Of a stretch of 64,000 nt of DNA, positions 53,201 through 64,000 are shown one piece after another. The notes beneath the pieces were generated by a model. It was not told the DNA's origin and searched no databases. It saw only the letters and a program-made list of their open reading frames with translations. Positions within the stretch are counted from its first letter, which is position 1. Every line of letters starts with the position of its first letter. The translations under genes were made by a program, and so were the position numbers. This DNA is from Tolypothrix carrinoi HA7290-LM1 (GTDB lineage: Bacteria > Cyanobacteriota > Cyanobacteriia > Cyanobacteriales > Nostocaceae): positions 1-64,000 of the forward strand of contig JAHHIK010000001.1 of the NCBI GenBank assembly GCA_019358935.1, in the 5' to 3' direction.

Positions 53201-56200
53201 TCCCAAGCTGTTTTAAAAGTTTCTACATCCAAAATTCCTTCAATTTCACCCGTCACCTGTTGCAAATAAAGGTCTTTTTCAGCTTCATAGTTTGCATGGA
53301 AAAGTATTCCCTCCTGAACAGGAGATAGCGGGTAAATATCTTCTACATCGGTAGTTCCTGCTAAAGCAATAGCCAATTGTTCAGAATTTAACGCTGCTAA
53401 AGGAAAATCCGCAGGTGTCCAACTGTATTCTTGCGTGCGGTTGGTTGCTAACATCTGCAAATGTCTGTAAAAGCTATCTGCCAAACTACGAATAGTTTCT
53501 TCTCGATGCAAAGCTTGACTGAAACCAAACCGTATTTGTAATTTGCCGTTAGCAATTAAACTGGTTATTTCTAGTTGGAAAGTACGCCGATTTTCTGGAT
53601 GGCGAGAGATTCCCACATCTTCAGCAGCAAGAGTAAATGCTGCTGTTTGTGAGAAATTATCATCAAATTGCCCCAGATAGTTAAAGATAATTCCTGAAGG
53701 AATTTTCGGTAAAATCGCAGATAATTCTGATTTTTGACTGAGGATTCCATAGGGTAAACCGTTGTGTGGCAAGTTGCGATACTGTTCTTTAACGCTTTCC
53801 AGATTGCCCAACAAATCGCTTGTTGTTTTCTGCAATTTGCAAGGGAAAAGAGATGTAAACCAGCCGACAGTATTACTAACGTCAATGGTAGTAAAATCAC
53901 TTTCTCGTCCGTGACTTTCTAAGGCAATTAATATCTCTGATTCACCCGTCCACTCTGTCACTACTTGTAAAAGAACTGCTAAAAGAACTTCCTGAATCCT
54001 AACTTTGCGGGTGCGCGGCAGTTCATAAAGCAGAATGTCGGTTTCATCTTTGGTGAAATTGCACTCAATTTGAGTGGCAGAACTTTCTTTGTTCTCTGCT
54101 ATAGCTTCAGGAAAATCAAGAGGAATATCTGGATTAGATATCTGTTGCGTTGTCCAGAATGCAACGTCTTTTTCCCAATCGGAATTTTCAATTAGGGTAT
54201 GTAGATGATGACTCCACTGCGGAAAACCTACATTATTAGCAGATAAAGAAATTTCCTGATTTTTTTGCAAAGCATCACAAGCTACCGCTAAATCTTTCAA
54301 AATGACGCGCCAAGAAACACCATCAACGATGAGATGATGAATAATTAGTAGTAGCTTATCGGCTGTGTTTTCCTCAGTTCGGAAATAAACAGCGCGAAAA
54401 AGAAGCCCGTTTGCTAAATTAAGTTGAGCCTGAAACTGAGTAGCGATCGCACTCAAACTTTCCGATAATTCTTGTTGGGGAATGTCAGTCAGATCAACGA
54501 TATCAAAGCTGAAAACCTTACTATCATCGCTTACTCCTGATTGCCTAATTTTTTCCTTCTCTTCCTCTGCGTCCTCTGCGTCTCTGCGGTTAGTTAAATG
54601 CTGCGTCCAGCCGTTTTCACTTTGGCAAAATCGCAGATGAAAAGCTGGGTGAATTGCGACAATATGACTTAAAGCAGCTTGAAATTCTGCCGCGCCAAAT
54701 TCCGGTTTTACATCCAAGAAAATCGCCTGATTCCAATATTCGGGATGCGCTAATTGCTGCTGGAAAAACCAATTTTGTATAGGAGTCAGCGGTATTTCAC
54801 TTCCTACAGGAATTGATAAATAATTGGGTATTGCTGCTGTTTTCACATAAGGTGCAAGCGCTTCTACTTGAGGATTGTTAAACAAATCTTGGGGAGTAAA
54901 ATAAAGTCCCAAATCCCGCGCTTTGGCAATAATTTGTAAAGAAAGGATAGAGTCTCCTCCCAATTCAAAAAAGTCATCTTTAATCCCTACACGGGATACT
55001 TGCAGTACTTCCCCCCAAAGTTGAGTAAGGATATTTTCTATTTCGTTTTGCGGAGAAATATATTCGCGAACAACAATATTTTCCTCTTCCGGAACGGGTA
55101 AAGCGTTAAGGTTAATTTTACCATTTGGTAGTAACGGCAAAGCATCGAGACTAACAAACAAAGATGGAATCATGTAATCAGGGAGAGTCTCGCGTAGTTG
55201 CGATCGCAGCAATGTTTGCCAGTTGACGGCTGGTGCTTTTAGTTCTAAGTAAGCAATCAGTCGATTCGGTTTTTCCGGAGTGGAAATTGCTTTAGTGACA
55301 GCACGAACTACCCAAGATGGCTTTTCTAATGCTGTAACAATCTCGCTTGTTTCTATGCGGAAACCGCGTATTTTTACTTGTTGATCGAAACGTCCCAAAA
55401 ACTCAATATTGCCGTTGGGTAAATAGCGAGCGCGATCGCCTGTGCGATACATCCGACTGCCTGCATTTTCCGCAAATAAATCGGGCAAAAACCTTTCTGC
55501 GGTTATACTTGGGGCATTCCAGTAACCGCGAGCTAATTGACAGCCAGCTACAAATAACTCTCCCGGTGTGCCAATGGGCACAGGTTCAAAATCGGGATTG
55601 AGGATATACAAACGAGTGTTGGTGACTGCTTTGCCAATTGGAATCGTATCAGTATTTTCGGTGCCATTGCAACGATGAAAAGCGACATCAATAGTTGTTT
55701 CCGCAGGTCCGTAAAGATTCACTAAAGGAATCGGCATTTTCTGAAAATCCCAAACTCGCTTTTTCAATGCTTCACCACCGCTGAAAACCATCCGAAGACT
55801 GAAGCATTGAGAAAATCCCGGTTCCCTTAGAAGCATTTCTAAAAGACTCGGCACCAATTGCAGCAAGGTGACATTTTCCTCCTGAATAATTTTCACCAAA
55901 TACGCTGGATCTTGATGACCTCCCGGTTTTGCCATTATTAATTTGGCTCCCACCATTAAAGGTGTCCAGAATTCCCACACCGAAGCATCAAAACTAAATG
56001 GTGTCTTTTGCAGCACAACATCGGCACTATTAACTGCAAACGTCTCTAAAAACCAAGCTTGATGCTGTGCTAAAGCTTGGTGGGAAATGGCAATTCCTTT
56101 TGGTCGTCCGGTGGAACCAGAGGTGAATATAATATAGGCGATATTTTCACTGAAAATCGGAATTTCTAAGTTTTCCGAAGATTGCAGGGCAATTTCTTCT

Positions 56201-59200
56201 CTGCAAGCATCAATGCAGAGAATTTGGGTGTCAACGTTCGCAAAATTTGGGATTTCTAAATCAGAGCGAGTCAGCAACAGACTAACTTTCGCATCTTCCA
56301 GCATAGACTGGATGCGGACAGGTGGATAATCAGGGTCAATCGGCACATAACAGCCACCCGCTTTCAGAACCGCAAGCATCGCACAAACCATATCTAGGGA
56401 ACGTTTCAAACAAATACCCACTGGCTGATTGTCAATAGCGCGATCGCCTAAAAATCGCGCCAACTGATTTGCTTTTTGGTTCAATTGGGCATATGTCCAA
56501 CTTTCTTTCTCGCAGATAACCGCAATCGAATTAGGATTGTTTGTTGCTTGTTGGGCGAAAATTTCATGTACCCATTCAGTAGGTTGCCAAGAAGATTCTT
56601 GTTGGAAGAAAATTTCTTGAATTTCTTCCTGAGTCATCAATTCTGCTGTTGGTTTTGCCTGAGGATTAGCAATCAACGCTGCACAGGCTCTTTGATAATA
56701 ATTAGCAATGTTAGCTATTTGTGTATCATCAAATTGCTGGCGGTCATAAGTAATATTAAACGAAAGATTTACCGCGTTTACTTCTTCACTGCAACTGACG
56801 GCAAAAGGAATATTTGTTTCATCTAAAGATTCGGCTTGAATTAATTCTACTTCCCGCAAATTTAACAAGCCTTGATAAACATGAAAGTGGACAAAATTAA
56901 ACGAAGTTTCATAAAGATTTTGAGACTTCTGCAAACGTTGAATTTCTGCTAAAGGAAAACGACGATTAGGCATCAATTCTTGTTCAGCAAGCCAAGTTTC
57001 GGCAATCAAGTCAACCCAAGAATTTTTTGATAATGACAAGCGCAATGGTAATGTATTTAGGAAGAGTCCTAAAACGCGATCGCTATCAGTTTCTCCCGGT
57101 CTCCCATTACTCACCAATCCGGTAACTACTTCTGTTTCCCCACAGCAAAAACCGATAACTTGCAGGTGAACCGCTAACAATAACGTTTTCAGAGGTACAC
57201 CCAACTGCTGAGATAAAGCTTTTAAATCGCCGGAAATTCTTTCTGGTAAAGTAATATCAAATTTACCCATCCTTGGCAGTGCCACTGGCATCATCACAGG
57301 CAAGCGTGGCAGTTTGGTGAAAGAAATTCCCGCCAGTTTATTTTGCCAAAATTCGCGCTGATTTTCATCATCAAGAGCCTGCTTTTCCAAAGCGATAAAT
57401 CTGGAGTATTGCAAAGCAGGTGCAGGCAGTGGTGCAGGCACACCCCTGTCAAGTAAATGAAGATACAAACCTGTTAATTCTGCCAAAAAGTTGGCTAAAC
57501 TCCATCCATCCATAATCGCATGATGCAAAGTAAAACTTGCTTGCATCACATTTTCATCAAGCAGGTGAATATGAAAACGTATCAACGGTGCTATTTTATA
57601 ATCGAAGCGATTTTCTCGTTCTTCGGCAATAAATGTTTTCAGATACTCATCTTGTTCTAATGTCGATAAAGCAGTTAAATCGTTAAAAATAATTTGTGCA
57701 GGTACATCTTTCACAACTACCTGAATCGGCTGGCTAAATTCTCCTAAATAAAATGCCGTCCGCAATACCCGATGTTTTTCAAACATCTGAGTATAAGCTT
57801 GTTCCCAAACATTCAAATCAAAAGGTACGCGAATGCGGAAACTGAAAACATCATGGTAAGTTGTAGATACTTCTGAATATTCACCATGAAAAAGCATTCC
57901 CGCTTGAAGTTGTGCCAAGGGATAGGCATCTTCAGCCCAATCAAGCAACTTGTCTCGGTCTTTTGGTGAAATTAAGGCGAAAGGTTTTTCATCAATCTTA
58001 TTGCTTTCTACTACTTCTGTTTTTGCCAGCAATGCCGCTAAATCTGACAACACAGGATGAGCAAAAATTTGCTCTAATTTTAAGTTTAATCCCAATCCTT
58101 GTGCTAAAGAACAAACTCGAATACTACGAATAGAATCGCCACCCAAAACAAAATAATTATCAAATCTTCCGACGCGATTTATCCCTAAAACTTGTTGCCA
58201 AATGTCAGCTAAAATTTCCTCAATCGGAGTAGCGGGAGCAACAAAAGCAACTTCGAGATTTTCTCGTTTAGTTTCAGGAAGGGGAAGCGCTTTGCGATCA
58301 ATTTTGCCGTTGGGTGTTAAGGGAAATCTTTCTAAATAAACAATCTGCGACGGTATCATGTAATCTGGTAAACGCTGCTGAAGATGATTTCGCAACGTTT
58401 CGATGGTTGGTTGTTTTTCACCAGTACAAACTACATAAGCAATTAACCGTTTTTGATTAGTTTCGGTGTCAGAATCCACCAAAACAATAGTTTCCTGCAC
58501 ATCAGTAAATTGGGAAATAGCGGTTTCTATTTCGCCGATTTCAATCCGGAAACCGCGAATTTTTACTTGGTAATCTATGCGTCCCAGATATTCCAAATCA
58601 CCGTTAGGAAGAAAGCGACCTAAATCGCCACTGCGATACAAACGCGATGAGGAATCTACTGAGAATTTATCCTGAACAAACTTTTCTGCCGTCAATTCTG
58701 GTCGGTTCAGATAACCACGAGTAACTCCCGCACCCCCAATATAAATTTCACCAATAACTCCTGGGGGAAGGAGATTACCATCAGGATCGACTACATAAAG
58801 TTGTAAATCGGGAATCGGTTGACCAATCAAACTGCTAGATTTTTCTATATCTTTTTTGCTAATCGGTCTGTAAGTTACATGGACTGTCGTCTCTGTGATT
58901 CCGTACATATTCACCAAGCGCGTCTGATTTTCCCCGTGACGCTCAAACCAGGGACGCAGACTTGGCAAGTTCAGCGCTTCGCCGCCAAAAATGATGTAGC
59001 GTAAAGACGTTAGATCATTTCCGCTTGCGTCGGAGTCATTCAATATTTTATCCTTAAAAACTCTGCGACCCTTTGCGTCAGCCTTTGCGCTTCTTTGCGT
59101 TTCAAAAATATATAATTCCGAACCTTTACCCGTTTCTGCGGCTAATAACTGAGCAAAAGCTGAAGGAGTTTGATTGAGGACAGTAACTTTCTCATTTTGA

Positions 59201-61314
59201 ATCAACTCAAGGAAGCTTTGCGGATCGCGGCTGATACAATAAGGAACGATAACAAGTCTCCCTCCATAAAGCAAAGCTCCCCAAATTTCCCAAACAGAAA
59301 AATCGAAAGCGAACGAATGAAAGAATGTCCAAACGTCCTGCTCGTTAAATTCAAACCAGTGCTGGGTGCTGCTAAATAAGCGAGTGACGTTGTGCTGAGT
59401 GACTAAGACTCCTTTGGGCTTGCCTGTTGAGCCGGATGTGTAGATAATATAAGCGCCAGCATCGGGATCTAAAGCTTCTAGTGTCAAAGGTGCAGTGCTT
59501 TCATGCAGATATGCTGCATCTTCCGCATCTAGACAAATTTTCGGCGTTAAGTCTGGAAGCTGGGAACTGATGGCTGTTGTGGTGAGAATTAATTTTGCTT
59601 TGCAGTCAGAAATGGTGAATTCGATGCGATCGCTAGGATAACCAGGATCGAGAGGAACATAAACACCCCCCGCCTTAACGACACCCAGCATAGCTACAAT
59701 CAATTCTGGAGAGCGATCGCAACAAATCACCACTCTTTTTTCCGCGCCAATTCCTGAAGAATGCAGATATCGGGCGATACGATTAGAACGCCGATCTAAT
59801 TCTTCATAAGTAAAACTTTCACCATCAAAAGTCAGAGCAATGCGATCGGCATATTTCCTGACAGTTTCCGCAAAAATTTCTCTAATAGTAATTGACCTAT
59901 TACCAATTCCCCATTCCCCATTACCAATTCCCAATTCCCCATTACCAATTCCCCATTCCCCATTACCAATTCCCCATTCCCCATTACCAATTAACGATAA
60001 AGACTTCAAACTTGCTTGAGCATTATTTGCCATATTAATCAACAAATGGCAAAATTGCTCTAACAGTAGTTTCATCCCCACCGCATCAAAACGACCCGCA
60101 TTGTAACTTAATTTAAAATAAATTCCATCCCCTGGAACCACCACCAAAGTCAAGGGATAATGTGTAGTTTCCAAGAAAGATGACTCCGGAACATTCAAAC
60201 CAAAATCTGCTGCTTTTAACGATTTATCAACAGGAAAATTCTCAAAAGCAAGCAAACTTTCAAACATTGGTTGTCCTCGTGGGACATCACTCCAACCTTG
60301 AATATCTGAAAGACTGGAATGTTCAAACTGACGCATTTGAGCTTGTTGCCCTTGAATCATTTGCAACCAAGAATCAAGGCTTTTTTCTCCAGATACAGAG
60401 ACGCGGAACGGCAAAGTATTGATGAAAGGACCAATCATTCCTTCCACCCCTGGTAATTCTGGGGGACGTCCCGCTACTGTAATGCCATAAACAACGTCTT
60501 CGTTGCGACTATAACGGTTGAGCAAAATAGCCCAAGCCCCTTGAATCACCGTGTTGAGAGTGACGCTACAATTGCGGGCTAATTTATGCAATAAAGCAGT
60601 ATTTTCTGGTGAGAAATCATGTTTAATTTCTCCGCTTTCAAAAGCATTATTTTGCTTTGCCTTTGGTATCATTAACAAAGGAGTGGCACTTTCAAACCCG
60701 CCCATATATTCACGCCAAAATGATTCGCCATCTTGGGGATTTTTCTGTTTAAACCAGGCGATAAAATCGCTATAAGGTCGCACATTTGGTAATGAGATTT
60801 CGGTATTTTCTTTAGCTGCTTTGTGCAACAATAAAAACTCACGCAGTAGTATGGGCCAAGACCAACCATCTAAAATAAGATGGTGGTGACTCCAGACTAA
60901 ATGCCAGCAGTCTTCGGCTAAACGAATTAAAGTTACCCGCATCAACGGGGGACGATTAAGAATAAATCCCTGCCGTCTGTCTGCTTCTAAAAATTGTTTA
61001 AGGCGGTTTTCTTGTGCCGAGTTACTCAGACCGCGCCAATCTTCTTCTATTATGTTAAATGCCAGGTTGCGAAATACTACTTGTACGGGTTCGCTTTGCC
61101 CTTTGGTGATGATGGCAGTCCGCAAAATGGTATGGCGGTCAACTAAGGTTTGCCATGCCTGCTGCACGGCAATTATAGAGACGTTGCCTTCTAAACGGCA
61201 ATGAAATTGCTCGAAATAAACACCTGATTCGGGGTCGTAAAGGGAATGGAAAAGTAAACCTTTTTGTAGAGGTGTGAGGGGAAAAATATCTTCTATTTTA
61301 TCTTTGAGGCTCAT
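50212..61314 (-). CDS. hasO: Three-module NRPS C-A(Thr)-T-C-A(Gln)-T-E-C-A(Gly)-T, HasO-like
   Basis: Manually read A-domain codes DFWNIGMVHK (Thr), DAWQFGLIDK (Gln) and DILQLGVIWK (Gly); E domain [11 protein letters not shown] motifs GGDSI, GGDSI, GGHSL. Matches Dhb-D-Gln-Gly of hassallidin. Confidence 0.85.
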   Translation of the reverse strand: MSLKDKIEDIFPLTPLQKGLLFHSLYDPESGVYFEQFHCRLEGNVSIIAVQQAWQTLVDRHTILRTAIITKGQSEPVQVVFRNLAFNIIEEDWRGLSNSAQENRLKQFLEADRRQGFILNRPPLMRVTLIRLAEDCWHLVWSHHHLILDGWSWPILLREFLLLHKAAKENTEISLPNVRPYSDFIAWFKQKNPQDGESFWREYMGGFESATPLLMIPKAKQNNAFESGEIKHDFSPENTALLHKLARNCSVTLNTVIQGAWAILLNRYSRNEDVVYGITVAGRPPELPGVEGMIGPFINTLPFRVSVSGEKSLDSWLQMIQGQQAQMRQFEHSSLSDIQGWSDVPRGQPMFESLLAFENFPVDKSLKAADFGLNVPESSFLETTHYPLTLVVVPGDGIYFKLSYNAGRFDAVGMKLLLEQFCHLLINMANNAQASLKSLSLIGNGEWGIGNGEWGIGNGELGIGNGEWGIGNRSITIREIFAETVRKYADRIALTFDGESFTYEELDRRSNRIARYLHSSGIGAEKRVVICCDRSPELIVAMLGVVKAGGVYVPLDPGYPSDRIEFTISDCKAKLILTTTAISSQLPDLTPKICLDAEDAAYLHESTAPLTLEALDPDAGAYIIYTSGSTGKPKGVLVTQHNVTRLFSSTQHWFEFNEQDVWTFFHSFAFDFSVWEIWGALLYGGRLVIVPYCISRDPQSFLELIQNEKVTVLNQTPSAFAQLLAAETGKGSELYIFETQRSAKADAKGRRVFKDKILNDSDASGNDLTSLRYIIFGGEALNLPSLRPWFERHGENQTRLVNMYGITETTVHVTYRPISKKDIEKSSSLIGQPIPDLQLYVVDPDGNLLPPGVIGEIYIGGAGVTRGYLNRPELTAEKFVQDKFSVDSSSRLYRSGDLGRFLPNGDLEYLGRIDYQVKIRGFRIEIGEIETAISQFTDVQETIVLVDSDTETNQKRLIAYVVCTGEKQPTIETLRNHLQQRLPDYMIPSQIVYLERFPLTPNGKIDRKALPLPETKRENLEVAFVAPATPIEEILADIWQQVLGINRVGRFDNYFVLGGDSIRSIRVCSLAQGLGLNLKLEQIFAHPVLSDLAALLAKTEVVESNKIDEKPFALISPKDRDKLLDWAEDAYPLAQLQAGMLFHGEYSEVSTTYHDVFSFRIRVPFDLNVWEQAYTQMFEKHRVLRTAFYLGEFSQPIQVVVKDVPAQIIFNDLTALSTLEQDEYLKTFIAEERENRFDYKIAPLIRFHIHLLDENVMQASFTLHHAIMDGWSLANFLAELTGLYLHLLDRGVPAPLPAPALQYSRFIALEKQALDDENQREFWQNKLAGISFTKLPRLPVMMPVALPRMGKFDITLPERISGDLKALSQQLGVPLKTLLLAVHLQVIGFCCGETEVVTGLVSNGRPGETDSDRVLGLFLNTLPLRLSLSKNSWVDLIAETWLAEQELMPNRRFPLAEIQRLQKSQNLYETSFNFVHFHVYQGLLNLREVELIQAESLDETNIPFAVSCSEEVNAVNLSFNITYDRQQFDDTQIANIANYYQRACAALIANPQAKPTAELMTQEEIQEIFFQQESSWQPTEWVHEIFAQQATNNPNSIAVICEKESWTYAQLNQKANQLARFLGDRAIDNQPVGICLKRSLDMVCAMLAVLKAGGCYVPIDPDYPPVRIQSMLEDAKVSLLLTRSDLEIPNFANVDTQILCIDACREEIALQSSENLEIPIFSENIAYIIFTSGSTGRPKGIAISHQALAQHQAWFLETFAVNSADVVLQKTPFSFDASVWEFWTPLMVGAKLIMAKPGGHQDPAYLVKIIQEENVTLLQLVPSLLEMLLREPGFSQCFSLRMVFSGGEALKKRVWDFQKMPIPLVNLYGPAETTIDVAFHRCNGTENTDTIPIGKAVTNTRLYILNPDFEPVPIGTPGELFVAGCQLARGYWNAPSITAERFLPDLFAENAGSRMYRTGDRARYLPNGNIEFLGRFDQQVKIRGFRIETSEIVTALEKPSWVVRAVTKAISTPEKPNRLIAYLELKAPAVNWQTLLRSQLRETLPDYMIPSLFVSLDALPLLPNGKINLNALPVPEEENIVVREYISPQNEIENILTQLWGEVLQVSRVGIKDDFFELGGDSILSLQIIAKARDLGLYFTPQDLFNNPQVEALAPYVKTAAIPNYLSIPVGSEIPLTPIQNWFFQQQLAHPEYWNQAIFLDVKPEFGAAEFQAALSHIVAIHPAFHLRFCQSENGWTQHLTNRRDAEDAEEEKEKIRQSGVSDDSKVFSFDIVDLTDIPQQELSESLSAIATQFQAQLNLANGLLFRAVYFRTEENTADKLLLIIHHLIVDGVSWRVILKDLAVACDALQKNQEISLSANNVGFPQWSHHLHTLIENSDWEKDVAFWTTQQISNPDIPLDFPEAIAENKESSATQIECNFTKDETDILLYELPRTRKVRIQEVLLAVLLQVVTEWTGESEILIALESHGRESDFTTIDVSNTVGWFTSLFPCKLQKTTSDLLGNLESVKEQYRNLPHNGLPYGILSQKSELSAILPKIPSGIIFNYLGQFDDNFSQTAAFTLAAEDVGISRHPENRRTFQLEITSLIANGKLQIRFGFSQALHREETIRSLADSFYRHLQMLATNRTQEYSWTPADFPLAALNSEQLAIALAGTTDVEDIYPLSPVQEGILFHANYEAEKDLYLQQVTGEIEGILDVETFKTAWECCINRHPSLRATFVLGDLPRPLQRIHSRVNLPFVCEDWREYDADEVAKKWSILLETDRKQSFSTETPLLMRMTLVRTQEEKWQFLWTHHHILLDGWSLPLVFRDAIAFYQSDKQRPNLPQPPVYRDFIAWLQQKESASAEAFWRQELNGLQSATSLNLTKSSTEVSDYQSQTTLNNEIYAQLKTFAQRNQITLNTLIQAAWSILLSRYSNSDEVVFGVTVSGRVPELSGFAEMVGLFINTLPLRVKLNSATPFKQWLRSLRDRLSSINEYSFSRLVDIQGWSDIKRGEPLFESIVVYENYPVEESLRQNPGELAIHSVQSLEKNNYPVSLYVLPGEDLTLKIASQNNVGGAIQHLTQILTKFVEEPQFIGEINLPIAERNYLQTAYPEITVHELFSQQAHSTPDAPAVKSGANWLTYEELERKSNQMARALLQLGVTRETLIAVCLDRHADLPIALLGIMKAGAAYLPLDPGFPRDRLEWMLADSGAAIIVTEEKFAAEFTQSSATLLLLDAVSQQSDTAPPISTENNQLAYVIYTSGSTGRPKGVQIQHQSVVNFLLSFREKLQITAADTLVAVTTLSFDIAGLELFLPLISGAMLVVADKETTRDGFKLAQLLQESQATVMQATPTTWRLLLTAGWKPNNSFCALCGGEAMPVELAASLLDKVDLWNVYGPTETTIWSAVKKIKQKEDALSIGREIANTSIYILDNAGNPVPEGIIGELFIGGMGLARGYRQKAALTAERFVPHPFSKEPGERLYRTGDLARWLPNGEIEFLGRSDYQVKIRGFRIELGEIEVVLESHPAIAQAIVQVIGDTQVDKKLVAYLVVKSDAEKPTLEALGSYMLTKLPDYMLPSAWVFLDAMPLTLNNKIDRRALPAPSQQNDLDYTAPRNPIEEALTYIWQELLPVERVGVTNNFFELGGHSLLAAQVHARIRKVFSIDLALRELFDTVTIEKMAQLLVTRETLEGRTLKIAKAFLRLKQMTPEEKARLLQEKRK

Positions 61315-61400
61315 AATAATAATCCTATATAATTTATTTAACGAACCGCAGAGTACGCAGAGTACACAGAGATAAGGGAGATGATAAATTACGCTTTTGG

Positions 61401-64000
61401 CTATGACAAATCTTCAAGTATCGAATCGAGTTCGTTTTCTGACAAATCAACTAGGTGAAAGTCGGTGGCACTGTAAAATGAGGAATTGCTAGTTGAATTT
61501 GTGAGGTATAAACGCAGGTTGTTCAGATAATTTTCTGCGAGGTTATGGATAGTTTGAGAACGATGAATATGCTGGCTGTAAGTCCAGTTTATTTGCAGGC
61601 GATCGCTTTGCACATGAGCGTTAATTGCTAATAAATGAGGTCGTTCTTGTTTGGGAAACAATCCTACTCCTGTGGGTGCATTACTCAGGCTGAAATCGCT
61701 TTTTGTTAAGCTCTCAATTTGTCCTAGATAATTGAAGCTGATGGCGGGTTGTTGTACATTGGTAAAAGTTTCATTTTGACTTAAATAACGCAGCAAACCG
61801 AAGCTGATGCCATAATGGGGAATGGCTCGCAGTTGTGTTTTAACTTCTTTGAGTAACATATCATGATGGGCATTTTCCGCAGGTTTTTTCAAGAGTATTG
61901 GATATAAGGATGTAAACCAGCCGACTGTTCTTGAGAGATCCAGTCCGCTGACAAGTTGCTCTCTGCCATGTCCTTCTAAATCGATGAGCCAATTATCTGA
62001 TTTGTAAGTGTCGGTGAGGGTTTTTAGTAATGCTGCTAACAAAATTTCTTGCACACCGGCATGGTAAGTGGCAGTTGCTTGTTTGAGCAAAGCAATGGTT
62101 TCCTCTGGGGATAATTGGGAAGATTGAATGACTGCACTTTCTACCGTATTACTTCCAGGGATAACTGGATAATCAACAGGTAATGGGGTGAGAGAAGTTG
62201 ACAGTATTTCTTGCCAAAATGATATGTCTTTTGTAATTTCTGGAGAATCAGCTAAAGTTTGCAAAGAACTAGTCCACTGTCGATAAGAGGATGTTTTTAA
62301 AGGCAAGGAAATCGGCACAAAGGCGATCGCCTGTTGGTAAGCTTGGTGTAAATCTTCAATCAGAATCCGCCAGGATACGCCGTCTACAATCAAATGATGT
62401 CCGAAGAGATACAAAATGTTTCCGTATTCCAAAAGGTTTTTGACATACAAAAGCCGCAACAATGGCGGATGAGCAAGCTGAAAAGACCCATGTTCTTCTT
62501 CCACAATTGCTGTTAAAGCTTGTTGTTGCGTTGAAGGCGGATAGTTGCTAAAGTCTTCGATTCGCAAAGAAGGACTTTCCGGAGTCCCGGTATAAAATTG
62601 CTCCCAGTTGCCCTGATTTTCGCAGAATCCCAAGCGAAAGACATCATGATGGGCAATTAAAGCGTTTAATGCAACTAAGAGCGCATCGATGTTCAACGGC
62701 TCGTTTAAACTAATTGCTACTGCTTGGTTCCAATAATGTGGATGCGGCAAATTTTGAGCAAAAAACCAATGCTGAATCGGAGCAAGGGAAACGGTTCCAG
62801 TTAACGGTTCGATAATTTCCACATCCGGCGCCCCTGCTAGTAATTTGGCTTTTGTCGCCAGTCGGGACAAAGTTTGCGCTTCAAAAATATCTCTGGGGTT
62901 AATCTCCCATCCTTTCTCGCGAGCGCGAGAAACGATTTGCAAGCTAATTATCGAGTCTCCCCCAAGCTCGAAGAAATTATCATGCAAATTGACGGTTTCC
63001 AGCCCTAGCACTTCTGCCCAGATGTTGCCTAATATCTCTTCGGTTTCATTTTTCGGTATAACTTCACTTGTTGGCAGTTCGGGTGCCAGAAGAGCTTTGC
63101 GATCAATTTTACCGTTGGGGGTGAGCAACCATTCTTTGAGCAAAACTACTGCACTCGGAACCATATAAGCAGGCAGAACTTCTGCTAAATAATCTCGTAA
63201 TTCGCTCGCAGTCGGTGGGTTTTCTTGAGGTGTTAGAGCATAAGCCACTAGTCGCTTGCGTCCGGGTACGTCTTGACGCAGCATCACCACTGCACTGTCT
63301 ATCGCTTCATGTCTGGTTAAAGCGGCTTCGATTTCCCCCAATTCGATGCGATAACCGTTAAATTTTACCTGCTCGTCTTGGCGACCGAGAAAACGGATGT
63401 TTCCTTGTAAATCGTAAACTCCGCGATCGCCTGTTTTATAAAGTCTAGCACCCGGTTCTTTGGCGAAGGGATGGGGAATAAATGCCGCAGCGGTTAAATT
63501 AGGGCGATTTAAGTAGCCGCGTGCTAAACCGATACCGCTAATATAGATTTCCCCGGTGACACCCGGAACCACTGGTTGCAGAAACGAGTCTAGCAGGTAA
63601 ATTTCCACATTGGCGATCGCTTTGCCAATACTCGGTTCACCTACTAGATCGGAACAATCGCTCAAACTCGCGCAGACAGTCGCTTCTGTCGGTCCGTAAG
63701 CGTTAAAACAAAAGCGTTCCCCTCCACCCCAGCGTCTAAGCAAATCCCCAGAAGCCGCTTCTCCAGCCACAATCAAAGTTTGCAATTTTGGTAAATTCGA
63801 CTGTTCCATAGCAGCTAAAAGCGACGGTGGAAGAGTTAAATGAGTAATTTTCCACGCGGTTAAAGCCGACCAAAGAGCAGAACTAGGCGATCGATTTGCC
63901 TTTTCTTGCAGATATAAAGTCGCACCGCTACCCAATGCCATAAAAATCTCAGAAATTGCCGCATCAAAATTCAGCGAAGCAAATTGATAAACGCGACTTT
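61401..64000 (-). CDS. hasN: NRPS 3' part ...A(Tyr)-T-E, HasN-like (5' end outside window)
   Basis: The frame is open to the window edge (QFASLNFDAAISE); code DASTIAAVCK (Tyr); GGDSI; terminal E domain. Confidence 0.82.
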   Translation of the reverse strand, partial: SRVYQFASLNFDAAISEIFMALGSGATLYLQEKANRSPSSALWSALTAWKITHLTLPPSLLAAMEQSNLPKLQTLIVAGEAASGDLLRRWGGGERFCFNAYGPTEATVCASLSDCSDLVGEPSIGKAIANVEIYLLDSFLQPVVPGVTGEIYISGIGLARGYLNRPNLTAAAFIPHPFAKEPGARLYKTGDRGVYDLQGNIRFLGRQDEQVKFNGYRIELGEIEAALTRHEAIDSAVVMLRQDVPGRKRLVAYALTPQENPPTASELRDYLAEVLPAYMVPSAVVLLKEWLLTPNGKIDRKALLAPELPTSEVIPKNETEEILGNIWAEVLGLETVNLHDNFFELGGDSIISLQIVSRAREKGWEINPRDIFEAQTLSRLATKAKLLAGAPDVEIIEPLTGTVSLAPIQHWFFAQNLPHPHYWNQAVAISLNEPLNIDALLVALNALIAHHDVFRLGFCENQGNWEQFYTGTPESPSLRIEDFSNYPPSTQQQALTAIVEEEHGSFQLAHPPLLRLLYVKNLLEYGNILYLFGHHLIVDGVSWRILIEDLHQAYQQAIAFVPISLPLKTSSYRQWTSSLQTLADSPEITKDISFWQEILSTSLTPLPVDYPVIPGSNTVESAVIQSSQLSPEETIALLKQATATYHAGVQEILLAALLKTLTDTYKSDNWLIDLEGHGREQLVSGLDLSRTVGWFTSLYPILLKKPAENAHHDMLLKEVKTQLRAIPHYGISFGLLRYLSQNETFTNVQQPAISFNYLGQIESLTKSDFSLSNAPTGVGLFPKQERPHLLAINAHVQSDRLQINWTYSQHIHRSQTIHNLAENYLNNLRLYLTNSTSNSSFYSATDFHLVDLSENELDSILEDLS

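Larger units (their letters stand above)
38247..64000. mobile_element. Putative nifK-interrupting excision element, left part only, carrying an NRPS cluster
   Basis: Abrupt nifK break at a dyad-symmetric site. The right end and the recombinase are not in the window. Confidence 0.65.

Noticed and set aside
1..64000. tRNA, rRNA or xisH/xisI genes
   Set aside because: None recognised by eye; a covariance-model or HMM search was not possible.

Overview
This window comes from a heterocyst-forming cyanobacterium (Nostocales; GCGATCGC/HIP1 sites and STRR heptamers are abundant). It covers the nifHDK locus, and all three nitrogenase structural genes are interrupted. (1) Only the last 41 codons of nifH are present (20113-20238), next to a divergent large serine recombinase, so 1-20115 is probably the right-hand >20 kb of a nifH excision element with mixed, partly decayed cargo. 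(2) nifD is split by a complete 14,874-bp xisA element bounded by the canonical GGATTACTCCG repeats. It carries a DUF4011-helicase-nuclease defence-like gene, three PD-(D/E)xK paralogues, decayed toxin-antitoxin pairs, a RAYT with REPs and a 21-bp repeat array. (3) nifK breaks after codon 427 at an att-like dyad. Immediately beyond it is a hassallidin-type glycolipopeptide cluster: NRPS modules read as Tyr+E, then Thr/Dhb, Gln+E, Gly, plus a glycosyltransferase, ABC and MFS transporters, a GH13 enzyme, a methyltransferase, a JmjC hydroxylase and an epimerase. The cluster runs off the window end. The main hypothesis is that an antifungal NRPS cluster is cargo of a developmentally excised nifK element. 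The far ends of the nifH and nifK elements lie outside the window, so their excision is inferred, not shown. All family assignments are from motif recognition, not database searches.
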